Origin: an uncultured Methanosarcinaceae archaeon
GTDB lineage: Archaea; Halobacteriota; Methanosarcinia; Methanosarcinales; Methanosarcinaceae
Length of the DNA stretch: 64,000 bases
Assembly: GCA_963847185.1 (NCBI GenBank)
Contig: CAWJYV010000006.1
Span: 18,858-82,857 of the forward strand
Direction of reading: 5' to 3'
The notes under the pieces are model-generated. The model was not told the origin of the DNA. It searched no databases and saw nothing but the letters and a program-made list of their open reading frames with translations. Below, one piece after another: positions 39,935 to 51,065 of this stretch (the stretch's first letter is position 1; the number at the start of each line of letters is the position of its first letter). Both the position numbers and the translations under genes were made by a program.

Positions 39935-41578
39935 TTATTTAGGAGTTTCTTCTACAGGAGCTTCCTCTCTCTTGTTATTCTGGTTAGAAGATATCACGAT
40001 TCCAGGTGGAAGAGAGAATGTGGCAAATAAACCAAGTACCGCGAAAATCACCAGTCCCCAGAGTGAAGCTTTTATTCCCTGAATACGGGCGATTTCGTTG
40101 ATCCTCAAGATCTCCTGTGCAAGATCAGGCGGGGCATCTTTCAGGATAGCTGTCAATTCTTCATCGCTCAAAAAGCGGATACCATCCTCTATTGCCAATA
40201 TGAGCGGGGGCTTGAGATTCTCAGGAGTAACATTACTGTCATCAATGAGGGTAATGGCTCCTCCTGTAAGGCCTGCAATAAGGATAGAGCCCATCAGAGC
40301 AGTTCCGAGAGCCATGCCCAGATTCTGGGAGGTGCTCATAAGAGCAGCTGTCTCACTCGTCCTTTCGGGTACCACCTGGGAAAGAACGAGATTCATTACC
40401 TGGGATGCTATAACTCCTGCACCTATACCTATTAAGGCAAATCCGGTCAGCAGGGCAAACCCTCTGACCTCTACATTAATGGTCGCAGTAGCCAGTAAAA
40501 GCCCTGCGATAAGTACCAGTAACCCAACCTGGATGATGCTTTTCGGGGCTATGCGGGCAGATAATCTGGATGCTGTAAGCGAAGCAATTAAAAGAGGTAT
40601 GGAGAGGGGGAGGTAGAGAAAGCCTGTCTGCATCGCGTTGAGTCCCAGGGCTATCTGGAAGAAGAGAGCCATGCTGAACAGGAAACCTCCTATAAGAAGG
40701 GTCTGAACCATCTGGACAAAAATGCCTGAAATAACCCCGCGGTCCCTGAGCACATCGAGCCTTACAAGCGGCATTTTCCCGATGGAGATGATATGGCTTT
40801 CCCAGAGGGCGAAGCATAGCAGGATAATGCCTCCTGCTGCAATAAATACCGGGGTGGGGGAAAGACCGAACGGGGAAATCTCGATTCCTGCTATGGAAAA
40901 GGGTTGAAGTGCCTTCCACCAGCCGTAGGTTCCTGCCAGTAATATGCCAAAAACAATAAGCCCCATTCCAAGTGCAGAGAGTATCGAGCCAACTATGTCC
41001 AGCTTTGGTTTCTCTTCAGTCTCAAGGGGCGCATCCAGAATATACCGGCTTAGCAACAGGACAATGAGTACGATCAGCACTTCCCCTCCAAAGGCAAGCC
41101 TCCAGGTGTACTCAGTTGTCAGCCAGCCTCCTATAATGGGCCCGAGGGCAATTGCGCTTGCAACAATTCCTCCTAATATGCCATAAGCAAGTGCACGGTC
41201 CTTCCCGCTGTAGTTTGAGGTCACCAGCGTCTGGATAGCAGGCATGACAAGGGTTGCCCCAAGCCCTTCAAGGATTGACCAGCCTATAAACAGTACAGCC
41301 ATCGTCGGGCTGATTGAAGTCAGGAAAGAACCGGCACCGTAGATGATAAGCCCTATCCTGAATGCCCTTTTTCTGCCAATAATATCTCCAATCTTTCCCC
41401 CGGTAATCATAAATGAGGCCATTAAAAGGGCATAAAGTGTAATTGCAGCCTGGACAGTGGCAACATCAGTATCGAAATCTTCTATTAGTGTTGAAATTGA
41501 AACATTCATTATTGTCGTATCGATAACGAGAACAAACATTGCAAGTACGAGTGCAGCAAGTACAGTCTTTCTCTCCAT
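39935..41578 (-). CDS. MFS transporter (DHA2-like)
   Basis: IDTTIMNV, GGKIGDIIGRKRAF, GPIIGGWLT..TWR. Confidence 0.92.
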   Translation of the reverse strand: MERKTVLAALVLAMFVLVIDTTIMNVSISTLIEDFDTDVATVQAAITLYALLMASFMITGGKIGDIIGRKRAFRIGLIIYGAGSFLTSISPTMAVLFIGWSILEGLGATLVMPAIQTLVTSNYSGKDRALAYGILGGIVASAIALGPIIGGWLTTEYTWRLAFGGEVLIVLIVLLLSRYILDAPLETEEKPKLDIVGSILSALGMGLIVFGILLAGTYGWWKALQPFSIAGIEISPFGLSPTPVFIAAGGIILLCFALWESHIISIGKMPLVRLDVLRDRGVISGIFVQMVQTLLIGGFLFSMALFFQIALGLNAMQTGFLYLPLSIPLLIASLTASRLSARIAPKSIIQVGLLVLIAGLLLATATINVEVRGFALLTGFALIGIGAGVIASQVMNLVLSQVVPERTSETAALMSTSQNLGMALGTALMGSILIAGLTGGAITLIDDSNVTPENLKPPLILAIEDGIRFLSDEELTAILKDAPPDLAQEILRINEIARIQGIKASLWGLVIFAVLGLFATFSLPPGIVISSNQNNKREEAPVEETPK

Positions 41579-41762
41579 GTCACCGCCTCCTATAAGTCGA
41601 TATAAGGCGCAATACCTGCAATTAGAAGCTCATCCCATTCTGTTTACAGCCGGATATCCCCGGGATTAAAACAGGAGCATAAAGGTACGAATCTTTTCTT
41701 GATTACTTTAAGTATCATATCTATGCTACCTGCATCTTCACTCCTTATACCACCTTCATTCC

Positions 41763-42143
41763 TTAATCTGTCCCGAATGCTTCCCTGACCCCCGGCAGCA
41801 TGATATAGATGAGTATAAGGGCGTTAATAATTACTGAAAAGTTTACATCATACCACGAACCGCCTGTAACCAGCACCACAAAATCCAGGCACAGATTGAA
41901 TATCGTAATAACGGCCAGAAACATCCAGGCCTGCCGGTCTACCTGCCAGAGCATGTGAGCCACCCACGCCCATATGTAAGCCATCAGGCCGTACAATAGA
42001 GCATACCAGAGGCTGAAGATACGGATATCAAGAGGCCCTATAAAAGGCAAAAATCCAAGAAAACGAAGCATTACAATAGCATTTAAAAATGCCAGCAATA
42101 CAGCCGCAAAAGTCAGAATAGTAACACCAATAGGTCTGTCCAT
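41763..42143 (-). CDS. Four-TM membrane protein
   Basis: RPIGVTIL start, hydrophobic segments, ends VREAF; AGGAG RBS. Confidence 0.8.
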   Translation of the reverse strand: MDRPIGVTILTFAAVLLAFLNAIVMLRFLGFLPFIGPLDIRIFSLWYALLYGLMAYIWAWVAHMLWQVDRQAWMFLAVITIFNLCLDFVVLVTGGSWYDVNFSVIINALILIYIMLPGVREAFGTD

Positions 42144-42177
42144 ATTCTTGTCTCCTTATTTTTATCTTGAAAATTCT

Positions 42178-42750
42178 TTACTCAGTCCGCATTTTCAGTC
42201 CTCCAATGACTGCCCCGAGTCCCCCGAGAATGAGGAAAAAACCGAATATCCATGGCAAAATCAGAACCCCTGCCAGAGAGTTGCTTAAAAGAAGCAGGCC
42301 GAGGATCACGGTAAGGATACCGATGATTCCAATTCCCCATCCACCTCCTTTAAGTGCAAGGGCAATTTTCACGATACCATTGATAATAGCCCATATCCCT
42401 ATGAATATAACAAAGAATGCAAGAACTATGATAGGACTGTAGATTGGATACATCAGTATAAGGGCTCCTGCAATAATGCTCAGGATACCTGAAAGCAATT
42501 TCCACAACCTGTTCCCCGAGAATATCAGAGCCCCTATGAAAGAAAGAATACCTTCTGCCAGCCAGAAAATACCCAGGATCTGTAAGAGAAAGATAGTGGT
42601 TACTGCAGGTCTGTATAACAGGAAAAGACCTACAATAATAGCAATAATCCCTTCCAGCAGAACTACCCACCAGGGCACCTGCAATATTTGATATCCTATC
42701 TCGACATCAGAATCAATTTGTTGTTCCACAGCTTCAACTGGTTGTTCCAT
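42178..42750 (-). CDS. HdeD/DUF308 family membrane protein
   Basis: WWVVLLEGIIAIIVGLFLL..P repeated TM pattern. Confidence 0.85.
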   Translation of the reverse strand: MEQPVEAVEQQIDSDVEIGYQILQVPWWVVLLEGIIAIIVGLFLLYRPAVTTIFLLQILGIFWLAEGILSFIGALIFSGNRLWKLLSGILSIIAGALILMYPIYSPIIVLAFFVIFIGIWAIINGIVKIALALKGGGWGIGIIGILTVILGLLLLSNSLAGVLILPWIFGFFLILGGLGAVIGGLKMRTE

Positions 42751-43503
42751 GTTAATCTCCCCAATTCTTTTATGTCTCATACTGATTCTACCCGCTATCA
42801 GAATAGAGGGATAAGCACAGCTAAAGAGGCATAAAGAAACCACTAATCCTGACTACGGGAACTTTCTGTCTCCGGATATTTCATGTACACTGCGGAATAT
42901 CCAGAATTTCAGGTACATTGAGGAATATCCAGAATAAAAGAGAAGATAACCTTCCCCCTCCGAAAAGGAGGGGGATCTCCTCTTTCCGATGCATGCACTA
43001 GTGAAACGCCTTATTAATGCATTCCATCCCCAGCAGTCCGAGTTTTTAAATATATTTTTGCGAATAAGGACTGAATGGATGAATCATTTCTACCATTGAG
43101 AGCAATGGTACGATACAGGCTTAATAGATTATCCATATATCACTGCACCATTACGAAGACGGATTTGTTAGGATGTCAATTTAAATATCAGTATTTCAGT
43201 ATCAGCATTTCAATACCAGTATTTTAATACAGCATTAGTTTCCTCTGAATATTCAACCGAAGACGAAACAGTGATATGAATAATTATATACAAATAATAA
43301 GATATAAAACAACTTATTATTATTTCTCAAAAAAAGGCTCTTTTATCCGGGAATGAAGGCTAGATACCATACGCAAAGAAACAAATAAAAGGGAAAACAC
43401 GTAAAAAAAGGGAAAAGGAAACGGGTAAACGAGAAAACAGGTAAACAAGGAAACAGGTAAATAAGGAAACTGTTTAAATAGAATCCCATATTCCAGAGGA
43501 TCA

Positions 43504-44028
43504 GTGATGAATCCGATAAAAGACCGGGATATTCCCCTCTATATCTACCATGCCGGGCAGTGTGACCCGAAGAAGTGTACAGGAAGAAAATTGGCTCGCT
43601 TTGACCTTGCCCGTCTTTACGATAGGGTTGCAAAACTGCCACGTTCAGCGATTCTGCTCGACCCTATGGCAGAAAAGGCACTCTCCCCTGCCGACAACCT
43701 GGGAAAGGGAATTATTGTACTTGATTGTTCCTGGGAAGAAGTGGATAGGATCTTTCCTGAACTTGGGAAATTGAATCTTGAACACAGAGCTCTTCCCTAC
43801 TTGCTTGCAGGCAACCCTGTGAATTTCGGAAGGCCTTTCAAACTCAATTCTGCTGAGGCTTTTGCAGCGGCCCTTTACATTTTAGGATACAAAGAGCAGG
43901 CTGAAAGAGTGCTTGCCAAGTTTAACTGGGGGCACAGTTTTCTTGAGCTGAATAAGGAGCCGCTTGAGGAATATTCAACTGCAAAGAACAGCACTGAAAT
44001 TGTAGAAATACAGAGCCATTACATCTAA
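43504..44028 (+). CDS. tsr3: 16S rRNA aminocarboxypropyltransferase Tsr3 (DUF367)
   Basis: [44 protein letters not shown]. Confidence 0.93.
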   Translation: MMNPIKDRDIPLYIYHAGQCDPKKCTGRKLARFDLARLYDRVAKLPRSAILLDPMAEKALSPADNLGKGIIVLDCSWEEVDRIFPELGKLNLEHRALPYLLAGNPVNFGRPFKLNSAEAFAAALYILGYKEQAERVLAKFNWGHSFLELNKEPLEEYSTAKNSTEIVEIQSHYI

Positions 44029-44136
44029 AAATGTTCATTACATCTAAAAATGTTTATTATCTGAAGATTTCTTTTCTCTTTGACAAGCTGGAAAAGTGAA
44101 AGTTCTGATGCAAAGATTTGAAATAAAAAAGAATGC

Positions 44137-44649
44137 TTGAAAGAAGAGGGTGTTTGCATAGTCAGAGCATTGGTCAAAAAACAAATCGGAGTTATCGGAG
44201 CAGGGAACTGCGGCAACGATGGCAGGATCCTGGCAGAGATGGTTGGGAGAGAAATAGCCAGAAAGGGAGCTATTCTTCTCTGCGGAGGTCTTGGAGGCGT
44301 TATGGAAGCCGCAGCATATGGCGCAAAGCAGGAAGGAGGAGTAACCCTGGGAATTTTGCCCGGAAAACTCAGAGAAGAAGCAAATCCCTGGATAGATATC
44401 GTAGTCCTCAGTGGCATGGGGCACGCCAGAAATGTTCTTATAGCGCAGTCTTCGGATGCTTTAATTGCAGTTGACGGGAAGTATGGGACCCTTTCGGAAA
44501 TAGCGCTCGGCCTGAAGATGGAAAAACCTGTTGTCACGCTTGAATCAAAATGGGAAATAGAAGGCGCTCACAGGGCAAAAAGCCCCCGGGAAGCTGTAGA
44601 GCTTGTTTTCAGTTTGATTGAAGATTGTGAAAATAATGGCAATAAATAA
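44137..44649 (+). CDS. TIGR00725 LOG-family protein
   Basis: CGGLGGVMEAA, GMGHARN, GKYGTLSEI. Confidence 0.9.
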   Translation: MKEEGVCIVRALVKKQIGVIGAGNCGNDGRILAEMVGREIARKGAILLCGGLGGVMEAAAYGAKQEGGVTLGILPGKLREEANPWIDIVVLSGMGHARNVLIAQSSDALIAVDGKYGTLSEIALGLKMEKPVVTLESKWEIEGAHRAKSPREAVELVFSLIEDCENNGNK

Positions 44650-44903
44650 CTGCACTGGAATTATAAAAAAGGCGGGTAAAGATAGAGTAAAGGCTTTTGA
44701 TTAAGAGAGAATCAAAACGGAACAAAGCTATCTGAATCTGATTTTAGTTACGGAAGACAGCATATCTCAGAATTTGATCCAAAAATTTATATCGCAAAAA
44801 GAAACTTCAAGAAATAAGAGCCAGGCTTAGGCTTAGACTAACAGGAATGCAGGTATGTCAGTATTCCTCCACAAAGTTATGAAAAAATTTATCGGAGTTT
44901 TAA

Positions 44904-47159
44904 ATGCACCTTATTGTAACGGAAAAAAATATAGCAGCTAGGAGGATAGCTGCGATTCTGGCTCCAAAAAATCCAAAAAAGGACAGAGTCAGCGGAGTGG
45001 ACGTATATCTGTATGATATGGGGTCAGGGGAGAATAAACAGGAAACTGCAGTTATTGGGCTCTCAGGTCATATTGTGGGAATAGATTTTCCAAAAGAGTA
45101 TAATAACTGGCAGAAAGTTGAAGCTGAAGCCCTGATAGATGCTGAGATCATAACAACGCCCATCAACCGAAAGATTGTAACTGCTCTTAAAACTCTTGGA
45201 AAAGAAGCAAACAGGGTCACAATTGCCACTGACTATGATCGGGAAGGAGAGCTTATAGGAGTCGAAGCTCTCAATATTATAAAAAAGGCAAATCCCGATG
45301 CTTTTTTTGACAGAGTCCGCTACAGTGCGATAACTCCGAAAGCTATAGAAGTTGCATTTTCAAATCCTACTGATGTTGATTTCAACCTTGCAGATGCCGG
45401 CCATTCCAGGCAGGTCATTGATCTTGTATGGGGCGCAGCTCTTACCCGTTACCTTTCCCTTGCAGCAGGCAGGCTTGGGAAAATGTTCCTTTCCGTAGGA
45501 AGAGTGCAGTCTCCTACTCTTTCGCTTATAGTTGACAGGGAAAAGGAAAGAAACGTTTTTGTCCCAACCCCTTACCGGGAGATCCACGCAGAACTTGAAA
45601 CCGCAGGAAAGGAAACTTTCTCAGCCCAGCATTCAACCCGCCGCTTCCTGGATAAAGAAGAAGCAGAAAAAGTGTTCAAAAAACTGGGGGAAAAAGCCGA
45701 ATTAAAGGAAATAGAAAAAGGGAACAAAACTGACCAGCCCCCTACCCCCTTTAATACTACAGGCTTTATCAGCGCAGCAAACGCAATCGGGCTCAGTCCG
45801 TCTAATGCGATGCGCATAGCTGAATCTCTCTATACAAACGGTTACATTTCATATCCCAGGACAGATAACACAGTTTATCCCGATACCCTGGACCTGAGAG
45901 CCCAGATAGAAATTTTCAAAGAAGGGCCCTTTAAAGAATATGCAAATGCTCTGCTTGAAAAAACAGAGCTTGTCCCTACTCGGGGGAAAAAAGAAACCAC
46001 TGACCATCCTCCTATTTTTCCCGCCTCGCTCGCAAAAGAAGCTGACTTAAAAGAGGAAGAGTGGAAGGTTTACGAACTTGTTGTCAGGCGCTTTTTTGCA
46101 ACCTTTTCCGGCCCAAGCGAATGGGAAACCATGCGTTTGAAGCTTGACATAGAGGGAGAAGAATTCAGAGCAAACGGAGCACGGCTGGTTGAACCTGGCT
46201 GGAGATGGTATTATCCTTACAATGTCCCTGAAGACAGATTGTTTCCCGAACTCAGGGAAGGAGATTCCCTGAAGGTTATAAAGAAAGAGATGCTGGACAA
46301 AGAAACGCAACCACCTGGACGTTACGGTCAGGGAAGGCTCATTAACATAATGGAAGAATTGGGGCTCGGGACAAAAGCAACAAGACACGAAATAATCAGC
46401 AAGCTCTATTCAAGGGCCTACATTCATGGAAATCCGGTACAGCCCACAAACACCTCTTTTGCAGTCGTGGAGACCCTTGAGAAATACTCTCAAACTATTA
46501 CAAAGCCGGACATGACAAAGCTTCTTGAAGAAAATATGGATCGCATAGCAGAAGGCAAAATTAAAGAAGCTTCCGTGCTTGAAGAATCAAGAGAGATGCT
46601 GAAGCAGGTTTTCTCTGAACTTGGGAAAAATCGTGAAAAGGTTATAGAATCCCTCCAGGCAGGCCTCAGGGAAGACAAAATAATAGGTAACTGCTCTTTA
46701 TGCGGAAACGAACTTATGATCCGGCGCTCGAAAAGAGGAAGCCGTTTCATAGGCTGTAATAATTACCCGAACTGTACTTTTTCCCTGCCTCTGCCAAAAA
46801 GCGGGCAGATAATAGTTACTGATAAGCTCTGCCAAGAGCACGGACTGCATCATATCCGCATAATCAATGCCGGGAAAAGAGCCTGGGATCTGGGCTGTCC
46901 GGAGTGCAATTTTATAGAATGGCAAAAGGCCCAGAAGGAAGAGCAGACCAAACAGCCGAAAAAGGAACGGCCGAAGTCAATAAAAGACATTCAAGGCGTA
47001 GGGAAAGCCACTGTAGGAAAACTCGAGGAAGCAGGCATAAAAAGCATAGAAGCCCTGATGGAAGCCGATGCTATCGAGCTTGCAAAAACAATAAAAGTCA
47101 GCGTAAAGAAGATTAAAAATTGGCAGGTTTCATGCAACGGCACAGTTGAGGAATCATAA
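44904..47159 (+). CDS. topA: DNA topoisomerase I (type IA)
   Basis: TEK, ATDYDREGE, SVGRVQSP, ISYPRTD, GTKATR; C-terminal zinc ribbon. Confidence 0.97.
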   Translation: MHLIVTEKNIAARRIAAILAPKNPKKDRVSGVDVYLYDMGSGENKQETAVIGLSGHIVGIDFPKEYNNWQKVEAEALIDAEIITTPINRKIVTALKTLGKEANRVTIATDYDREGELIGVEALNIIKKANPDAFFDRVRYSAITPKAIEVAFSNPTDVDFNLADAGHSRQVIDLVWGAALTRYLSLAAGRLGKMFLSVGRVQSPTLSLIVDREKERNVFVPTPYREIHAELETAGKETFSAQHSTRRFLDKEEAEKVFKKLGEKAELKEIEKGNKTDQPPTPFNTTGFISAANAIGLSPSNAMRIAESLYTNGYISYPRTDNTVYPDTLDLRAQIEIFKEGPFKEYANALLEKTELVPTRGKKETTDHPPIFPASLAKEADLKEEEWKVYELVVRRFFATFSGPSEWETMRLKLDIEGEEFRANGARLVEPGWRWYYPYNVPEDRLFPELREGDSLKVIKKEMLDKETQPPGRYGQGRLINIMEELGLGTKATRHEIISKLYSRAYIHGNPVQPTNTSFAVVETLEKYSQTITKPDMTKLLEENMDRIAEGKIKEASVLEESREMLKQVFSELGKNREKVIESLQAGLREDKIIGNCSLCGNELMIRRSKRGSRFIGCNNYPNCTFSLPLPKSGQIIVTDKLCQEHGLHHIRIINAGKRAWDLGCPECNFIEWQKAQKEEQTKQPKKERPKSIKDIQGVGKATVGKLEEAGIKSIEALMEADAIELAKTIKVSVKKIKNWQVSCNGTVEES

Positions 47160-47208
47160 AATTCTCTCTTGCAAAATTCCTCTCCTGGAAACTGATATTT
47201 TAAAGTAA

Positions 47209-47338
47209 GAGTCCGTCCGAAAAGCCATTAACGAATGTTGAAAAGTTACAGTAGGTCTATAATCTCAGAGTCTCCGTTTCGGTTTTGTATAGTGCAGATG
47301 TAAAAGTTATAGCAAGTAGCCACTTTTAGGATAGACCC
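47209..47338. mobile_element. 130-bp MITE (family B) with TAA target duplication
   Basis: taa|GAGTCCGTCCGAAAAG...CTTTTAGGATAGACCC|taa; a similar end GAGCCTATCCGAAAAG lies at 1090. Confidence 0.65.
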
Positions 47339-47357
47339 TAATTTGAAGAGGATACAA

Positions 47358-47681
47358 TTATTTCAAATATTCCTCCCTTCTAGGGGAAAATACCTCAATG
47401 GCAATCGAATCTTCTAGTATTTCAGCACTATGACTTAACCCTCCAGGAATGCTCCAGGAATCTCCGGGTTCAACTTCAAATCTCTCTTCCCCAATAGTCA
47501 GAAGAATTTTTCCTGAAATAAGATAACCAGTCTGTTCATGAATATGTTCATGGAGAGGGAGAATACTTCCATTTTTCAAAAGAAATTCTGTCATCAAAGT
47601 CTTTTCTCCATAAACGACTGGTTTCATCATGATTCCGGGAAGGACCTCTCTATATCCATTTGAGTCACTCTTGCAAAACAT
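47358..47681 (-). CDS. Cupin domain protein
   Basis: PLHEHIHEQTGY.ISG, PGDSWSIPG..SH, EVFSP.R. Confidence 0.9.
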   Translation of the reverse strand: MFCKSDSNGYREVLPGIMMKPVVYGEKTLMTEFLLKNGSILPLHEHIHEQTGYLISGKILLTIGEERFEVEPGDSWSIPGGLSHSAEILEDSIAIEVFSPRREEYLK

Positions 47682-48067
47682 AAAATTCTCTCAGTTTTCT
47701 TTTGGTTAGATTGTATAAGAATCCAGGTAAAGGATTCTTTAGTTATACTGTTTCAGTATTCTTTATTTGTTTCTACTGCTTAATATCTTTGCAGATCTCC
47801 TGATGTTTCAGGCATACTTAGTTCAGGACATATGATAAAATTTCTTCGAATTTTTAAGAATTCTGAAATTCTCTGAACCCAATAAGGAATGATGAAAATA
47901 TAACTTATAAATTTCAGTTTGGGGATTGATCTATAGTTCCATTTCCCCTAATAACCATTCTTGGCAACAAAACCCCTTGGTATTATATTTGAATCATTCC
48001 TAAACATCGAATCTCTCAAATCTAACTTACCAAAAAGATTATCATTAAAAGAATCTTTCTCTGTTGC

Positions 48068-48592
48068 ATGTCTCTCCTTCTTTTTCCAATTAATACCGAA
48101 AGATTGTGTCTGGTTCCTGCAACTGTTAAACTTTATCTTCTGGAACTGCACGATAGGACAGCATTTGCTTCCAGTCTCAAGGCTCTTGTCCCGAAGGAGT
48201 GGCCACCTGACCAGATAACTCCAGAGGTTGTAGAAGAATTTATAGGAAAAATGAAGACCGGAGATCGAAAAATCTGGAACTTTTACTGGCTTTTGGGCCA
48301 GAAGGATTCTGAGCCTATCCTGATAGGGAGTGGGGGGTTTATTGCCCACGAGAACCGAACTCTTGAGATAGGATACTCCATACTTCCCGAATACCAGAGC
48401 AAAGGATATGCTACGGAAGCTGTCCGATCAATGCTCAGGTGGGCTTCTTCCACTCTCAAAAAAGACCGCATTATAGCCCATACATATCCTCATCTAAAGG
48501 CTTCAATTAGGGTACTGGAAAAGAATGGATTTTTGTTTAAAGGAAAAGGCCAGGAAGAAGGTACTATACTTTATGAACTGAGGAACGAATAA
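48068..48592 (+). CDS. GNAT acetyltransferase (RimJ/RimL-like)
   Basis: EIGYSILPEYQSKGYATEA, ASIRVLEKNGF. Confidence 0.9.
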   Translation: MSLLLFPINTERLCLVPATVKLYLLELHDRTAFASSLKALVPKEWPPDQITPEVVEEFIGKMKTGDRKIWNFYWLLGQKDSEPILIGSGGFIAHENRTLEIGYSILPEYQSKGYATEAVRSMLRWASSTLKKDRIIAHTYPHLKASIRVLEKNGFLFKGKGQEEGTILYELRNE

Positions 48593-49121
48593 TTGCAGAA
48601 TTAATAAAATCAAAATCGAAATTCTGTTCTGGCAAATTATCTCATAAAATAATTACGTAAAGTCTAACCAATTTGATGCTATTAAGTTTTGATCAAGGGC
48701 GTATATGTATATTTATTCAGATTATGGTAAGGCTAAATTTTGAAAGTATTTATTTGCAGATTCAAATCAAATAAAAAGAAAAACAGGAGCTTATCAGATT
48801 GGACTGATAAGGACAAATATTAATTTTAATTGCTTTTACTGTAAGTCCTTATTGATCCTATTGCACTCCAATCATAATAAATATTGAATTTTTGCCCTTC
48901 CTCTTCTGTATATCAGTATTTGTGTTGTTTGGTTGAATTGCAGAAAGAAGAAAAATGGACATAAATATTAAAAATAAACGTTTCTTGTTTTCAACGTAGA
49001 ATGCTTTAAAATTAATCGAGTAATTAGACATATTGCTTATCAAATCAGATCTATTTACAGAGATCTAAGAATCGATAATAAAAAATATAAAAACCTATAA
49101 CACGAAATCGGAGATGATAAT

Positions 49122-49421
49122 TTGCCAGAACATCCCCTGAAAACCATAATGGATAATGACCCTGTATTTTTTGACATGCTTGAAAACACACGAGAACTTT
49201 CTTTTGCAGAAGAAGGAATACCTCTTAAGTATAAATTCCTTCTTGCGATGGCCCTGGATGCAGCAAATGGTGCAGTTGAAGGAGTAAAGGTTCTTGCGTT
49301 ACAGGCCATGGAAGCGGGGGCAACAAAAGAAGAAGTAATGCAAGCAATAAGGATAACTCAGTATATTTTTGGAGTTGGAAGCGTATATACAGCTGCAAAA
49401 GCCTTGGACGACGTACTCTAA
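49122..49421 (+). CDS. Carboxymuconolactone decarboxylase family protein
   Basis: IPLKYKFLLAMALDA...AMEAGATKEEV. Confidence 0.85.
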   Translation: MPEHPLKTIMDNDPVFFDMLENTRELSFAEEGIPLKYKFLLAMALDAANGAVEGVKVLALQAMEAGATKEEVMQAIRITQYIFGVGSVYTAAKALDDVL

Positions 49422-49580
49422 TCTCTAATGTAGCTCTGATACAGGATACAGATTGTGAATATTGCTGTATGATTAAACAGGCAATTAGAAAAAGAATTAG
49501 ATTTTAGAGAAAGAATTGAACTAAAATGTAAAACATTACGTTATTTTAGATGTAATGAGAAATATTTTATATAATGATTA

Positions 49581-49655
49581 GGGCACCTGAAAAACTTTTC
49601 CTTAATATATCCCAGGCTTATATCCAAATATACTCAATCCCAAAATCAGATGCCC
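49581..49655. mobile_element. ~75-bp MITE (family D), copy 1
   Basis: ta|GGGCACCTGA...TCAGATGCCC|ta. Confidence 0.65.
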
Positions 49656-49718
49656 TACTCTATTAGTTAGTCGTTCATTCAGAGTTTCATTTCTTTTGCT
49701 CAAGCTTTCATTTATTAT

Positions 49719-49834
49719 AGGACTTACGCAGTTGAACTGAATAATCAACAGCCTCAAACCTTCAACTGTCTAATGCATCGATTTATTAGTAATGTCTATT
49801 GATTTTGATTTTGAACCTCAAGTGCGTAAGTCAT
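49719..49834. mobile_element. 116-bp MITE (family C, IS701-type ends)
   Basis: TIR AGGACTTACGCA...TGCGTAAGTCAT matches the ends of the IS at 62862-64000. Confidence 0.85.
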
Positions 49835-49952
49835 ATATTAAAACAAAACTATAATGCAGATTATTGACATCTATTGACAGTACTTCCAGGAAACACAATG
49901 ACCTATCTTTATTTACATTATTATATATAATATAAAGTACTTGTATAATATA

Positions 49953-50026
49953 GGGCATCTGAATACAATTCTCTTTTTTCCCGATTTAACATTCCCCAAT
50001 CCCCCACTCTCAAAAACCAGATGCCC
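49953..50026. mobile_element. ~74-bp MITE (family D), copy 2
   Basis: GGGCATCTG...CAGATGCCC. Confidence 0.65.
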
Positions 50027-50110
50027 AATAATTTATTTCTAAACATTCCCACAGTATACCGAGCAAAATTGTCTGTCAAACTGTCAAAATATTTAAGTTC
50101 TAGTTTTCAA

Positions 50111-50410
50111 TTATTTTGGTAAATGATACCCATTTATTGTCACTGATTTCGTAATGGTAGAATTTTCTCTAAAGGGTTCAATAGCAAGATATTCCTCAGA
50201 ATTGAAGCAATCCTTTAGCTTTTCCAGGGTATTGAACTCAATAATAATTGTCCTCTCAGGGTTCCGGTTTCCGGACATAGGAATCACTTCCCCTCCTCTT
50301 ATGAGATACTTACCTCCATACTTTTTCATAATTTCGGGAACCTTTTCAACATATAAAGAGTAGAGTTCACGATTCAGAATTGTGATTTCAATTATCATAT
50401 AAACAGACAT
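50111..50410 (-). CDS. DUF1330 domain protein
   Basis: KYGGKYLIRGG, IIIEF.TLE...FNSEEY. Confidence 0.88.
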   Translation of the reverse strand: MSVYMIIEITILNRELYSLYVEKVPEIMKKYGGKYLIRGGEVIPMSGNRNPERTIIIEFNTLEKLKDCFNSEEYLAIEPFRENSTITKSVTINGYHLPK

Positions 50411-50945
50411 TTTTTTGTCTTCCTTTGCTGAAAATTTGTTATCTGGCTTTAAAAAATATCTTGTAATTTTGGAAAAATAATATTAAGTATTTTTCTATAT
50501 TTCAATAAATAAACAGAGAAACTTTATGCTCTCAAATAGCAAAATATTTATAAGAAAAAAACTGACTAATCAGTCAACAAAAGTTACACTGGCGCACCCC
50601 ACTATAGGAAATGGGTATGTTCGCGCCCCCGCTCCAATCCAGTATTCCCTCGCAAAAAAAGCATTGGATCAATGCAATGTTGTTTGGAAAATGAAAAACA
50701 CTGACGTACATAAAGCAAAAGAAATAACTTTGAATTGTATTAAGAAATAGAATTATGAAGCCTATTTACACATTGCGGGATATATACTTCTGTCAAATTC
50801 AGGTTATATAGGATGGGTTTAAGACTATCTGAAGAGGGCTGGCTAAAAACTAATTTTTTTCGCATGGTTATGATGATCAGTTAATCGGATACAAAGGTTA
50901 ACGATGATTTCTCACAAGGGTAAGCAATCAATCAAAAGGTCAATC

Positions 50946-51058
50946 AGGAGTAAGTTAAACAATTATAAATATCGGGAGAAGTTAAACAATTAAAATATCT
51001 GGAGAATTAAGCGATTCAAAATATCGGGAGAAGTTAAACAATTCAAAAAATCAGGGGA
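50946..51058 (+). repeat. ~27-bp tandem repeat x4 directly upstream of the aldo/keto reductase start
   Basis: GGAGAAGTTAAACAATT(C/A)AAAATATC units. Confidence 0.8.
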
Positions 51059-51065
51059 AAGAAAA

